The notes beneath the pieces were generated by a model. That model was given only the letters and a program-made list of their open reading frames with translations. It ran no database searches and was not told the DNA's origin. From contig NC_068994.1 of NCBI RefSeq assembly GCF_001194135.2, forward strand, positions 43,692,866-43,756,774: a stretch of DNA of 63,909 nt. Reading direction: 5' to 3'. Each line of letters opens with the position of its first letter. The stretch's first letter is position 1. The position numbers and the translations under genes were made by a program. Below are positions 1 through 12,479 of this stretch, in pieces. The DNA comes from Octopus bimaculoides (Eukaryota).

Positions 1-132
1 TCTCTATGTGGCTCGTGTGTTCTCGTCTACGTTTGTTTGCAATGTCCTGTACCCAGATATGCACCTATACATACAGGTGGATGTCGGTATGCACATACCT
101 GTACGTATATATGCATATACTCATTTACTTTT

Positions 133-175
<43 letters not shown>

Positions 176-658
176 CATACACATATATATATGTATATAT
201 ATGTGTGTATGTGCATGTATGTGTTTGTGTTCAGAGGGAGAGATAGAGAGGTGGGGAGTACTAGATGGCAATGTAAACATACAAAAACATAAGACACATT
301 ATATAATAAATATAGAAGCAGTGGAAATTTGATTTTTCCCATTCTTTATTCTGGTTGAACAACTTTTAGTGATAATTTTTATTTTAACTTTTCCAACTTT
401 GATTAGCATGTACATCAATAACACTATAAAACAAAGAATAATATTCTTTGAGGTTGTTGTTTTGTCTTTTGTTTGTTGTTGTTTTTTTTTTGTCTTTTTG
501 TCTTTAAGATACAAAAGATCTCATAGTGATTATTGATAAGGACATGCTGTTTTAAGTACACTGCAGATGTTATTTGGAAACAAACTACCAGGTTACTTCA
601 AATAAGAGAAAGTGAAACATTTTACACTGTTTGATAAAAATTCTATTTTGATATTATC

Positions 659-1185
659 TCAGGTGGCAAACTGGCAGAGTTGTTAGCAAGCCAGGTAAAG
701 TGCTTAGCAGCATTTTGTTTGTCTTTACATTCTGAGTTCAAATTCTACAAGTTCCAGTTGAGCACTAGGATTAATGAAATCGATCTTCATCCCCCCACCC
801 CTGAACTTTCTGACCTTGTGCCAAAATTTCAAACCAATATTATCTAAGGTGGCAAGCTGGCAGAATCGTTAGCATGCCGGGCGAAACGCTTAGCGGTATT
901 TCCTCTGCCGTTACGTTCTGAGTTCAAATTCCGCCAAGGTCGACTTGCCTTTCATCCTTTCGGGGTCGATTAAATAAGTACCAGTTACACACTGGGGTCG
1001 ATATAATCGACTTAATCCATTTGTCTGTCCTTGTTTGACCCCTCTGTGTGTAGCCCCTTGTTGGCAGTAAAGAAATAATCATCGTTAGCATGCCAGGCAA
1101 AATGTTTAGTGGCATTTTATCTGTCTTTGTGCTCTGAGTTCAAATTCTGGCAAGGTCAGCTTTGCCTTTTATCCTTTCATCAAGG
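659..1185 (+). mobile_element. Three head-to-tail copies of a tRNA-derived SINE (Meta/MESC-like central domain)
   Basis: Units at about 659-843, 845-1077 (best preserved) and 1081-1185 share GGTGGCAAGCTGGCAGAATCGTTAGC, the B-box-like GAGTTCAAATTC and GTCGACTT(T)GCCTTTCATCCTTTCGGGGTCGA. The domain name is from memory and unverified. Confidence 0.85.
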
Positions 1186-2337
1186 ACTAGATGGTTCCTC
1201 ACATCATTAAGGTGGTAAGATGTGATTTGAAGAAGTGACTGGGCCACTCTTTCTAACTGGTTGAGTGACTGAATAAGTTTTCTCTCTGATCCATGATGTT
1301 GGACAAGCTTTCAAAGCTTAAAACAATTTTTAATAAACATAGTGATTTATCTATCCCTGTTCCAATCTTCATAACTCTCCTCCCAACAAAGGACCTGATT
1401 CCTTTGATGTACTCATCATTAGTTTAAGGCAGCCAAGACCCAAATCTTCATTTTTTCCTGGTTTTTGTCCCCGTTAATGGGGGGTTGACTGAATCTACCT
1501 CAATGCCATAGCAACCAAGGTAGGCAGGTGCAGCCCACTCCAACCTTTGTGCTGGCTGGTGCCCATTCACCTTTGCTGTCATGAAGCTTTTTTTGGAGTT
1601 AGATTTTCTACAGGAAGCATGCCCTTGCTTACCCCCAACCTCAGTTTATAGACATGAGTGGTCCTCAGACTAAAGCCTCTACCATGGTTTTTAAGAAATG
1701 TGGCGGTAAACTAGCTCAGAAAGGCAGGGGCGCTACTTCCTGAGACCCCTTCCAGAGCCCCCCAACCAAATGTTAGTGTTAAATTTTTCAATAGATTCAG
1801 TCAATTTGACTGAAAAATTGCCTTATAGAAGTAAAATGTAAGATTGATTTCAGATGCAAGATTCTATTAAAGTACATCTTTACAAAATTACAACTTACAA
1901 AATTCTATTAAAGTACATCTTTAAACTTAGCATAAAAATAAAATCGAGGTCAGTTTAGTCAATTAAGAAACCTTAACAAAGTACTAGGCAATTGAAAAAG
2001 AATTCATAAAAATACCTACTCTACATTCTTTTACAAAATTCCTGTTACACAGATACAACCAAATCATACTAGCAGAGGAAAATGAATGTAAAGATAAAAT
2101 GAAACCACCCAAAGTGAAAATCTAAAATGACATTATAATACATTCCATTTATCATTTGCGTATATATACATATATATATACAGGAATAGAGAAAATCTCA
2201 TCTTTAATTGGTGATTCCACCATACACTACCGATGATCATTTCTAGATATCTGCCTGAATTTCTTTATATTTATATATACATATATAAATATATATATGT
2301 ACATATACATGTGTGTATATATAAATATATATATATA

Positions 2338-2410
<73 letters not shown>

Positions 2411-2614
2411 TAAAACTGTTTGATTCGGATTCCATGCTAGTTCAAGTTTCAAAGCACTTAATGGGGCCTTTCTTGTCAGGGCTTTGATACTTTAAGTAGC
2501 AGAGAATCTTAATCTAGTTGTTTTGAATAATACATGTAACTCCCAATAAATGTGTTGAGTGCACTTTTTTGCATTTTTCCACTCACACACACAAGAAAAC
2601 ACACACATATTAGT

Positions 2615-2772
2615 CGCAGGTGTGGCTGCATGGTTAACAAGTTTGCTTCCTAAGCATGTGGTCTCAGGTTCAGTCCTGTTGTGCATCTTAGGTAAGGATC
2701 TTCTGCTATAACCACAGGCTAACCAAAAGTCTTGTGATCGATTTGGTAGTCAGAAACTTAAATAAGTCTATC

Positions 2773-2775
<3 letters not shown>
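2615..2775 (+). mobile_element. 5' part of the abundant SINE family (GCAGG..TGGCTGTGTGGTAAG head)
   Basis: A-box-like TGGCTGCATGGTT and B-box-like GGTTCAGTCC; aligns by eye to the copies at 17301 and 61323. Confidence 0.75.
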
Positions 2776-2807
<32 letters not shown>

Positions 2808-2810
2808 TAC

Positions 2811-2852
<42 letters not shown>

Positions 2853-4749
2853 GTATATATGATATACTTTTTTTATAGTGAAGCTTTATTATAGCGTCGT
2901 ATATTATCAACTGTTATTTCTAGTAAATATTGGTGCATTGTTTTACCACCATTCTATATTTATGTGTGTTTGTGTGTATTTACATGCATATATATTTAAA
3001 TATATACATATATTATATACTTACATTTATATATATTCATATACACACACACATTAGTTAATTTTTTTTGCATATTTTCCATCACTGAATGGAGGCATTG
3101 TTTTACAGTCAGATGTTCTTCCTAGTTTTCAAGTAAGACTCTCTAATTCCACAATTTTTTGAAGGTGGAAAGCCTGAGGATGATATGTTGACAAGGAAAA
3201 TGGCAACACCACTGTTCCTAGCCTACTGATTTCCAGAGAGGGACAGATATAAGCAAATAAGCATACACACTCGTGCATATACATGATTGTTAGGCTTATT
3301 TCATTTTTTTTACACAGAGTTTATTGGGAAAAAATTTTCTCCAAGTCAAAATCCTGCTTTTCACATTCTACTGTACAAGAACAAGTTAAGAATATATATA
3401 CATAACTTTGTATTAATACTTGCTGCTTTGCATGCTTATACTTAATTTATTCCTACTTGAAAAGCCTCAGCATTCACTAACAAATGTTTTGTTTACTGTT
3501 TCTCTTATCACCAAATGACTACTGTGGTATCTGTAACTGAAGAGGTGAAATCAGGCCAAAACCTCGTATTGTATAGCTTGCTAACATCAATAGGAGCCTA
3601 GCTTAATGCGTTTTTAAGCATAAAGATTACATTTTATCAGAGGCAAAAGGCTACAACTGATGCCTCTCATATTCAGATGTGCAGGAGCATATTAAATAAA
3701 TATACACATCTTTATATTTTATTACTTTTTAGACAGAGGAAAGTGTGATGCCCATGACTTTTGATCACCTTTGATGAAGTGTGAAGTTGATGTGGTTGAT
3801 GCCCAACAATTAAAGTGACACAGCTACAGCTGAGGATTAGAATTACTAGAGTAATTATAAGTTTACCTTCACGTCTTTACTATACATGTATGGGAAAAAT
3901 TCAGTGTTATATCATACAAAATGTTTTTTCTGTTCTTTTTTTTCTTTTTTTTTTTATAAATGATTCACTCACTTCTAATCCCTTACCTATCTCTGCTGTC
4001 ACATACAAACTAATTGCATTCTTCTGAGTTGGAAAGTAGAAAATGCCCCCAGCAACAGAAGAGTCTATTACTTGTTGATCGTATACTTTGACGTTTTTTT
4101 TCTTTTTTTTTTCTTTTAAATGCAACTAGTCTTTCCACCATGCCAACGAGTCACCAAGCCACTCTCTTTCACACACACTTCAGATTTACTGCAGCCATTA
4201 CAAGTGAATTAGGTATTTTAGATTCTAGCATCTTATCTTCAGTTTCAAAATTACCGAACATTTCCTTCTCCATACTTTTCATCCCACCTTACTTGGCTTG
4301 CTTCCAACTTTTCCCAATCTTATTTCAATCTAGTGTATTTCGGTACAAGAATCAATACAATTTTTTCATACCTTAAAAAGCGAAAATAGATTTTTTTTCT
4401 GTCAATCCTGAAAGCTTTAAGAGAAAGGGAGAACACGTTTAGTGTTTCCCAATAGCTTTCTCTTGTGCATACACACCCCACTAACAGTTTTCACAGAACT
4501 GTGATATAAGAAACAATTTGGAAAAACCTTCTCTAAAATAGTCCTAAATATTTAACAGGTTTTTATAGAAAACCAAGAAAATGTTAAATTAGATTTACAT
4601 TAAATATTTATAATTTTTTCTGCTCTTAACAACTTCTATGTTGATAATTATATACAACTAAATTATTTATATGTATAAGTGTATTCACATGTATGCTTTT
4701 ATATATATATATATACATGTGTGTGTCTGTGTGTGTGTGTGTAAGAGCA

Positions 4750-5330
4750 TGTTCATTGTTGTAACTCCAAATGTTTTGATGAAATTCAGATTGTTCAGGC
4801 CAAATTCAATAACGCTGTAATTCCCATAATTCAAGGAAGCTTGAATTTTCCATTTGCGCAAAAGAGTTGAAACTATGGATTTTGTATTTTTTGAATCACT
4901 TTTATACTTTTCTATCCATGAATATGCTTGGCATTCAGTGCTAAGAACTAATAGCAGTTTACTCAGTGCAGAAAATTATCTTCAGAGTGACTCTTAGATT
5001 CTTTTGATTCCTAAATAATTATCGTGAAAGCATAAAGAGTGTCAGGATGATAACCTAACTGGTAGTCCAGTAAATAATGTACATTTTCTTCTTGCATATT
5101 TCTTTGAGTTGTGCCACTACACTACTCTTACTTAATTTTCGAGCAATTTGTGCAGTAGTGTCATCTTTAGCATAATTGCTATAGTCTGGAATTGTCTTCT
5201 CTTTGAATATTCTCTGCTAAGCCATCTTCACTTGTACACACCAATTGCTTTCAGTCAAGTTGAGATTCTTAACTAAATAATTTCCATTTTTATTTAAAAA
5301 TAAATATTGTTGATATCATCTTTGTCTGTC
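4750..5330 (-). pseudogene. Decayed coding relic, probably transposon-derived
   Basis: Protein-like frames broken by stops (YLVKNLNLTESNWCVQVKMA*QRIFKEKTIPDYSNYAKDD...; LSKLLLVLSTECQAYSWIEKY...). No motif I can assign. Confidence 0.3.
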
Positions 5331-5502
5331 TGTTTCTTGCTATGTTTTTCTCCCCAGTGGCCCAATTTTATCCATAATACATACACATAGTAAAACAAAT
5401 GCCATCTGGATATGCACTACAGTGGATAATAATTATAGTAGTTAACAGTGTATTACTTGTTAAAAGAAAGTTCCTGTCTTATCTCTTGTGGTATAGATAT
5501 AA

Positions 5503-5697
5503 CCCTTTAGCATTCAAAATACTCTGTCAAATGTAATTGTCATTTATTCATATTGTTTTGAATTACTCATGCATTATCTTGTAGCTTCAAGATTAGATGA
5601 TGTGATTGGTTAGGTGTAAGAAGTCAGATCAGGCCAGTTTGAACATAAAACAGACAGAATATTTGGGCTGGATATGCCCAGTTTAAATGCTAAAGGG
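5503..5697. mobile_element. piggyBac-like MITE
   Basis: Terminal inverted repeats CCCTTTAGCATT(C)AAA ... TTT(A)AATGCTAAAGGG. The left flank ATAA resembles a TTAA target site; the right flank is degraded. Confidence 0.65.
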
Positions 5698-6534
5698 ACT
5701 ATATATATAAATATATATATATGGAGACAAACACCATTCCACCATGTGATTGGCTTGAAAGATTTTTAAGATATTACAATATTTTCTTAACATGAAACCA
5801 ATGGTAGCCTTAAGACAAAAATATAGAAATTTTATCTGTCAATATGGTGTTGAACACCCATTCTCATTTTCAACATTTACATATATATATATATATATAT
5901 AAATGATTTTGAGAGAGAAAGGAAAAAGAGATGTGCAGAAAGTATGAATGATATTTTGGTACTGATTAAGATATCTTACACACAGTAAGTGATTTTTAAG
6001 AAAAGGAAATAAAATGAAAGCATTTATAATGTAATTTCTACGAAGCAAATGTGAGAATATATCTTAACATTTCTCCCTTTGTGCCTCTTTGTGAAAAGAT
6101 TTCAGGGATGTTATTGTTCAAATATATATATATAGGAAAATGAAGAATAAAGCAGAATGCTAAACTGGAAGCATATTTTAATAAAGATTTCTAACCGGCT
6201 TTTATTGCGAAGCAAATTATCAAGAAGGAGAATGAAAATGCTTTTTATAAAGAAGTACAAAATGAAGAAAATAATATATAAAAAAAAAAAATATATATAA
6301 AAATAACTATACCAATACATTATATTGTCTTTGAGCTTTTGAAGTTCAATGGTAATTCATGTATATAATGGTTGGAAAAATAAGGATGCATGAGAATTGA
6401 GAGTTGTGTTAGGTTTAAAAAAGGGGTTAAAAGTTTGTGTTATGCAGGAAGTGTGGTGTCAAAACAGGAAGTGTGTGTAAGGGGAGACAAATCTTTTTAG
6501 TTGGAGTTATGAACTCTTTTTCAACAGGAAAAGA

Positions 6535-6770
6535 GTTCTTTATTTCACGTTGCTCCAGTTCACACAGCTGCAGAAATAAGTTGCGATGTCACTGGTGCCA
6601 AGCTGTGTCAGCCTTTGCCTTTCCCTTAGATAGCATCAGTGGCATAAAGAGGGGAGGCTGGTATGCATGGGTGACTGCTGGTCTTCCATGAACAACCTTA
6701 TCCTGACTTGAGTCTTGAAGGGTAACTTTGTAGGTCCAATCTCATGGTCATTCCTCACCAAAGGGGGACT
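6535..6770 (+). mobile_element. 5'-truncated CORE-like SINE
   Basis: TTTATTTCACGTTGCTCCAGTTCAC..CAGCTG matches the CORE-like segment of the copies at 39829 and 45708. Confidence 0.6.
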
Positions 6771-7164
6771 TTGTGTGTTTGTGTGTGTGTATGTGTGTGC
6801 ATATTTTTATATATTCATATATGAATATCTTTATGTATGTTTATCTATTTGTATGTTTATTTATTTGTATGTTTATTTATTTGTATATATATAAATGGGT
6901 GTGTATGTGTGTGTATGTATGTATGTATGTATGTATAATATATAGAATATTCAGCCACATATGCGATAATTCAATGAGTAGATAGTTCAAATGATCGAAC
7001 AAGTAGGATACACATGGGGTTCCATTTACTTACCTTTTACGCATACACATGCACAAACACACACACACTCTCACACCGACATGCACACATATGTACATGC
7101 ACCTAAAGCCACTTTCTCTTTTCCCATTTGCTGAAGCTATAAACCTTTTACAACATGCCCCATA

Positions 7165-7562
7165 TCTTTTACCGTTTACTTATTTCAGTCATTGGACTTA
7201 AAGGTTTAGTTGAACAAATCAACCCCAAAACTTATTTTAAAATTTGGTATGTTCTCTATCATTCCATTTGCTCAATTGCTCAGTTGCAGGAACATAAGCA
7301 AACCAACAATGGTTGTCAAGCAGTAATGGGGGACGAACACAATTACATGCATAAATACACACACACATGCACATGTGCACACAGAGACACATGTATATGT
7401 CATGGGATTTCAAATAGTTTCTGTTCATTAAATTCACTCATAAGGCACTGATCAGCCTGAGACTATAGTTGAAGACACTGGCTCAAGGTGCCATGCAGTG
7501 GGACTGAACCTAAAACCAAATACTTGCAAATTGAGCTTTGTAACCACACAGCTGTGCCTGTA
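7165..7562 (-). mobile_element. Abundant SINE family, diverged full-length copy
   Basis: Colinear with the 17301-17697 and 61323-61739 copies, including the internal (CA)n tract. Confidence 0.8.
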
Positions 7563-8627
7563 CATATATTATCATACCTGCACTAATTACTTTCTACTCA
7601 CACATACACACAAACGCACACATGCACACACACACATACACACACACACACACACATGTAGTCATACATACACATTCATACATGCACACATAGAATCTCA
7701 TGCAATCTTCCTATTTATAACATGATGAATATATTAAAAAAGATGTGCGAAGTCTGGTGCTTCACAATATCACATATTTCTTGGTAGATTTACATCATGA
7801 TTTCAATTGGAATCTGTGATAGCATGTAACCCTTTAACATCATATTTGCAATTGCTTATGGTAGTTAAAAATGCAGTTTTGCAGACAACATTCAAAGTTG
7901 GCTCCTTAATGTTTCTAATCTCCCACTTGGGCACCATGTCATTGCCTTGTTCTTCAATTAACTGTATTCAAATACAATATAACATGGAAGCAGTTTATAA
8001 ACAAATTACATCTTCTTCAATATATACTCTAATGGTTATATCTCAGAGGAATAAGAATGAGAACTGATTATTTCTATCAGTGGAAGCATTAAGAAATAAA
8101 GATAGTTTTACTGTTTCGTTTTGTCTCCTGATGAATCATAAATATTTTCAAGTAATTATAGACCTCAAGCAATAAAAATAAATTACCAAACACCACATAA
8201 CTTTAATGAACATCTCATTTTGAAATGTCTATAACAAAAGGAATAAACATATATCATTAAACCACACTTTTCCCAGTAAATGTTATTGAGAATTAGCGAT
8301 AATTCTTCTCCCCACTAGCAATTCTGAATTACTCACCATAGTAATACTAGGGAGAAATATTGTAAACTATTAAATTATACATCATTAATATTTTAAATTC
8401 CTTACTCTTTCCAGAGAATGTAAATATATTTTTCTACACTCTCAAAAAAAAAAAAAGAAAGAAAATTCTGTTGTTTATCAGCTCAATATTTGCAAAAAAC
8501 AAAAATTTAATCAATAATAATTTTATTATATGACAAGACAAAATTTGCTAGCTTTTTTCTTTTTCATTTTGCTTCCAAAATATTTCCAACCTTTCTAAAC
8601 ATTAAAAAGGAAGAAAGAACAAAACAA

Positions 8628-8677
<50 letters not shown>

Positions 8678-9648
8678 GACATTAACTCCTCCAATTCTGT
8701 TCTTCAGAAATATTCTTAATGTTTAAGAATTGAGCTAAAATTTAACAAGAATATGAAATGGTAATCAAATTCTATTTCTATTTCTATTTCTGCAGCAAAT
8801 TTTCAGTTTGATTGAGAATCAACGTAACTAAAAATCACAACAGAAATGCTGAAATGTTTAATTACAATAATTTATTGTCTAAAGTTTACTCTAAGTATAA
8901 TATGCCATAGAATTACTGAACTGAGGACAAATTTTAATGTCGCTTGTTGTGTAAAAATCTTCGAATCTATAGGCACTTCACTACTTCACTGAGTTTGAGT
9001 ATGAAATGATACTCTTCAGAATAAATCTACGCTCTTTATACTTTGTATGAAATATTTCTTAACTTAGTTGTGCAATAAATGAAAAACAAACTTATTAAAC
9101 CGTGTTTCAATATTCATATACTACATAGTTTATTTTTAAATGAAATGCTGAAATATGAACTATGATTTTATATTTTGCAATATGTAAATACAGAGAAGGA
9201 TTTCAATATTTAAAAATCTAGTAAAATCTTCTTTCATAATCTGCATTCATAACATTTAGTATAAGCTAACATCCTTACATTAACATTATTCTTCACATTT
9301 GTGCTACAAACCTATTAGGATAGTCTGCAAGCACCTTTTAAAGTTATACTTCATCTCTTCCATATATTTCTGTCAAAACTGCATTTTATTCTAACTAATG
9401 CTTAGATAGCTGTTAACCTATGGCTTAACTCCAACACCGACCAACATTTATATTGTCTATAATCGAGAGCAACATTTGATACCAATCAAAGAATCTAAAT
9501 GTTGACAATCTAATATACTAGAATTAAGACAGTAAAACCAAAGCTTTATAATTTCTTAAAACAATGAAAGTGAAATCATACAACTATTTATGCCAAGACA
9601 ATTCTAGAATATTCTTTCTTCTAAAACTAAGAGACCAAAACTACATAC

Positions 9649-9799
9649 CCGGGATCTCTTCATAGGGGCTGGTATCCTTTTTATGGAAGCTGTGCCCAGT
9701 GTTCTTAGGGGTAGAAACAGTTTTGGGATAATAGTCCTGTGTTGATATAAATTTCTTTTCACTTCTTCCAGATGTTGCACCAACTTCTTGAATGCAGGC
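9649..9799 (-). CDS. Pcdh: Protocadherin second coding exon (cytoplasmic): ACIQEVGATSGRSEKKFISTQDYYPKTVSTPKNTGHSFHKKDTSPYEEIP+G
   Basis: Acceptor TTTTCTTTTCCTGCCAAG| at 9800, stop-free for 50 codons in phase 0 (matching the exon-1 donor), donor CCGG|GTATGT at 9648. Ser/Thr/Pro-rich with a YEEI motif. Confidence 0.78.
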
Positions 9800-10009
9800 C
9801 TTGGCAGGAAAAGAAAATTGGTAAGAAAATTTATTTCAGGTGATATCTTAATAGAGATATTCCAATAAATATCATCCATGGGATGACATTGCTCAAGGCA
9901 GGTGAAAAATTAAACCACACTGCAACATTGGAATCTCTAATTATTCAGAATAATGCATGAAAAGCACTGAATTTAGAATTTTCTAATCTGCACAAACTAT
10001 GGAACAAAA

Positions 10010-10300
10010 TTCTACATCAACCATCTCCTCTCTCTTCCTTTTCTACCACTACAACTACCATGGCCTCTTCTCTTCAGAACTGGCTGATCTCATGCCATCT
10101 TCACACAGGCACTCCCAACTCATTCATCTCTCCCTCTCTAGTCACTCATGTTGTGTCCAACTTCCAGGTCCCACACTAATTCCTATATCAGTCCTTCCTC
10201 TCCAGAACTCTGGAATCTCATCTCTATGTTTTTTTGTTTTTTTTTTCCTGCAGCTATAAACTTGAAATTATTCAAAAGGAACAGTGACCACATTATTCCC
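10010..10300 (+). mobile_element. CR1-type LINE ORF2 3' end relic
   Basis: Frames give SSLFLFYHYNYHGLFSSELADL and SPELWNL..FPAAINLKLFKRN, typical of the CR1-clade ORF2 C-terminus. Confidence 0.65.
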
Positions 10301-12473
10301 GCTGGTCTCAGAGAGCCTGTGAGGGTGACAGGAATATCCCTTTTCTCAAGACCGGTCTAATAAAAATAAAATAAAACTCTGTAAACAGAAGCTAATAGTG
10401 TCCAAACTTAAACAGTACTGGCTATAATTAGTACAGAAACAGAAGTATGTTTTTTGAAACCCATCCAGTTTTAGATATAAAAGTCTCATAAGACAGCCCC
10501 CATAGTTGCTCCAACTTTTTTTTAAAAAGTCTTATATTCAAATTAGTGAAATGCAACATTCTTTCATAGATATTTATTATAGTTTTGTTATATGACATAT
10601 CATTTTCTTACTAACAGATTTTTTAAGATATCTGTAGACTTTTATGGAAGCAATAAATATTAAAATCCCCTGAGAGATATTCCCCTCGTTTTCTTTTCTT
10701 TTTTTTTTTTTTTAATTATAAATACTTCTGCATATTATTTTCTGAATTTCTTAAAAGAATTTTTCAGGATGTAGTGAAAGGTTTATGCAAAGATGTTTCT
10801 TCACGGGTGCTTCATTTTATTTTAATGATTCCTTTCAAGAAAAAGAATCTTGAAAATTCTGATTGATTAAACAATATTATTATTATCATATTTTTTTCCT
10901 TCTTCTTAAGCTTTTGAATTATTTGAGGAATATTTCTGTAAAATTATATAATGGAGTAATGCCGAAAAATAAGAAAATAGAAACATATGTGGAAAAATAT
11001 TCTGAATAAATATAAGAATAAATACAAGAACACACTTTATTCAGCCATATCTAAGTATGTAACAACCAAAACCTATTTTGTTTGATGTCAGAATCCATAG
11101 CTAAGATTCCAAAGTAACTAAGCATTCGTGGCCATTATTTTCAGTAAAAACTGTCCTTGCCTTTATAAAATAATAGACTGATAATTTTTCAGAAGTTTTT
11201 GCTCATGTCAGTAACAGCATGTTATTGATTACATGTAACTCAGGGCTTAGTTTAAATAAAGCCATTTATATATGAAAAAGAGACAGATTTCTAATCTTTT
11301 CTTCTGCACATAATCCATTCTTTTTCACTAGACTGCTTCTGAAACCTTTATCTTTGATTTGACTTTACTACCTCTAAACTTTTATTATTCTCTACATTAT
11401 TTCTAATGTTCTCCTATCAGCCTAGTTTCTCTCACTACATTCCCATCTATTCACTACAATCTACTCACTGCATTGATTCAGATTCTTCCTTCACAATACT
11501 CCCATTCTTCTTTCTACATCATCTTTTCCTTTCCATTACCTCTATTCTTTGATTCATGCTTTTCTTCCCTCTGCTGAATGTCTCTTTTGTTCGGCTAACA
11601 TTTACTCCCTTTTATACTGATATATCCCACCAAATTTTTACAACAAAACAGCTTGGTGTTCAGTGGCACGTAACATTTTACCTATCTGGCAACATTTCTT
11701 TTCTAACAGGCTGGACTGGCTATACAATACTCACTGGGCTTTCTTTCATAAACGCTATCGAAAAACTGTTTCCAATAAAGCCATGGTTTATATATAAACG
11801 TTCCCTGGCAATCCTATAATATAAAACATGACTAACTACCACTTGAGTATCTTTTTTATGACTTTTTTTTAGTGTGGAAGAAGCGAGATAGATCAAGGAC
11901 TTAAGTGTATGGTTTACAAACTAGACACACACAATTTATGACCAGTAGTATGTGATTATATCTTGACTAGAGTTTTTCAGAATTTAAATAGATCACTACT
12001 GCTACTGCTACTACTACTACTACAAACCTATCATCAATTTGGCAGCAAAGTTGGTGTTAAACCACACAAAACAGATACTTAGAGTTTTGTGTAAGGCATA
12101 CATGTGTGAATATAGTGATATATCGAAGAACTAGTGAAGTTGTGCTAGAATGAATTATGGACGTTAGCATCATTAATAAAAGAAATAATTTTACTTCATT
12201 TCATGATGTCTAACTATTGCTTTATTATATTGCTTGATTATATGAGTAGCATATAAATCACACTTTAGTAGTAATTTGACAAAAATATTGAACTATTGTT
12301 AAAGGTAGTTTACATCTTATGATACAAGAAATGAGCAGCCATAGATCATGTGATCTAATAGACAAAATATTTTATCCATTCAATATTTTCTTATTATAAA
12401 TATAGGAATTACAGGAAATAATATTTGGATTGAGCTAAAAAAGAAAATTCAGAGACAAGGTCAAAAAAGAAAT

Positions 12474-12479
12474 ACTTAC
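12474..12479 (-). promoter_or_regulatory. 5' splice donor of the protocadherin large exon
   Basis: Consensus GTAAGT directly after codon CAA (..KMPASVQ). Confidence 0.85.

Noticed and set aside
1861-1922. 21-bp direct repeat ATTCTATTAAAGTACATCTTT
   Set aside because: Local slippage duplication with no associated structure.
4371-4432. Strong minus-strand acceptor giving GLTEKKSIFAF* as Pcdh exon 3
   Set aside because: It borders an apparent LINE fragment (4140-4330) and is only one of several phase-1 options; it cannot be supported without transcripts.
9604-9879. 91-aa ORF MDDIYWNI...
   Set aside because: It overlaps the exon-2 candidate but in another frame; the splice-compatible frame is the ACIQEV...YEEIP one.
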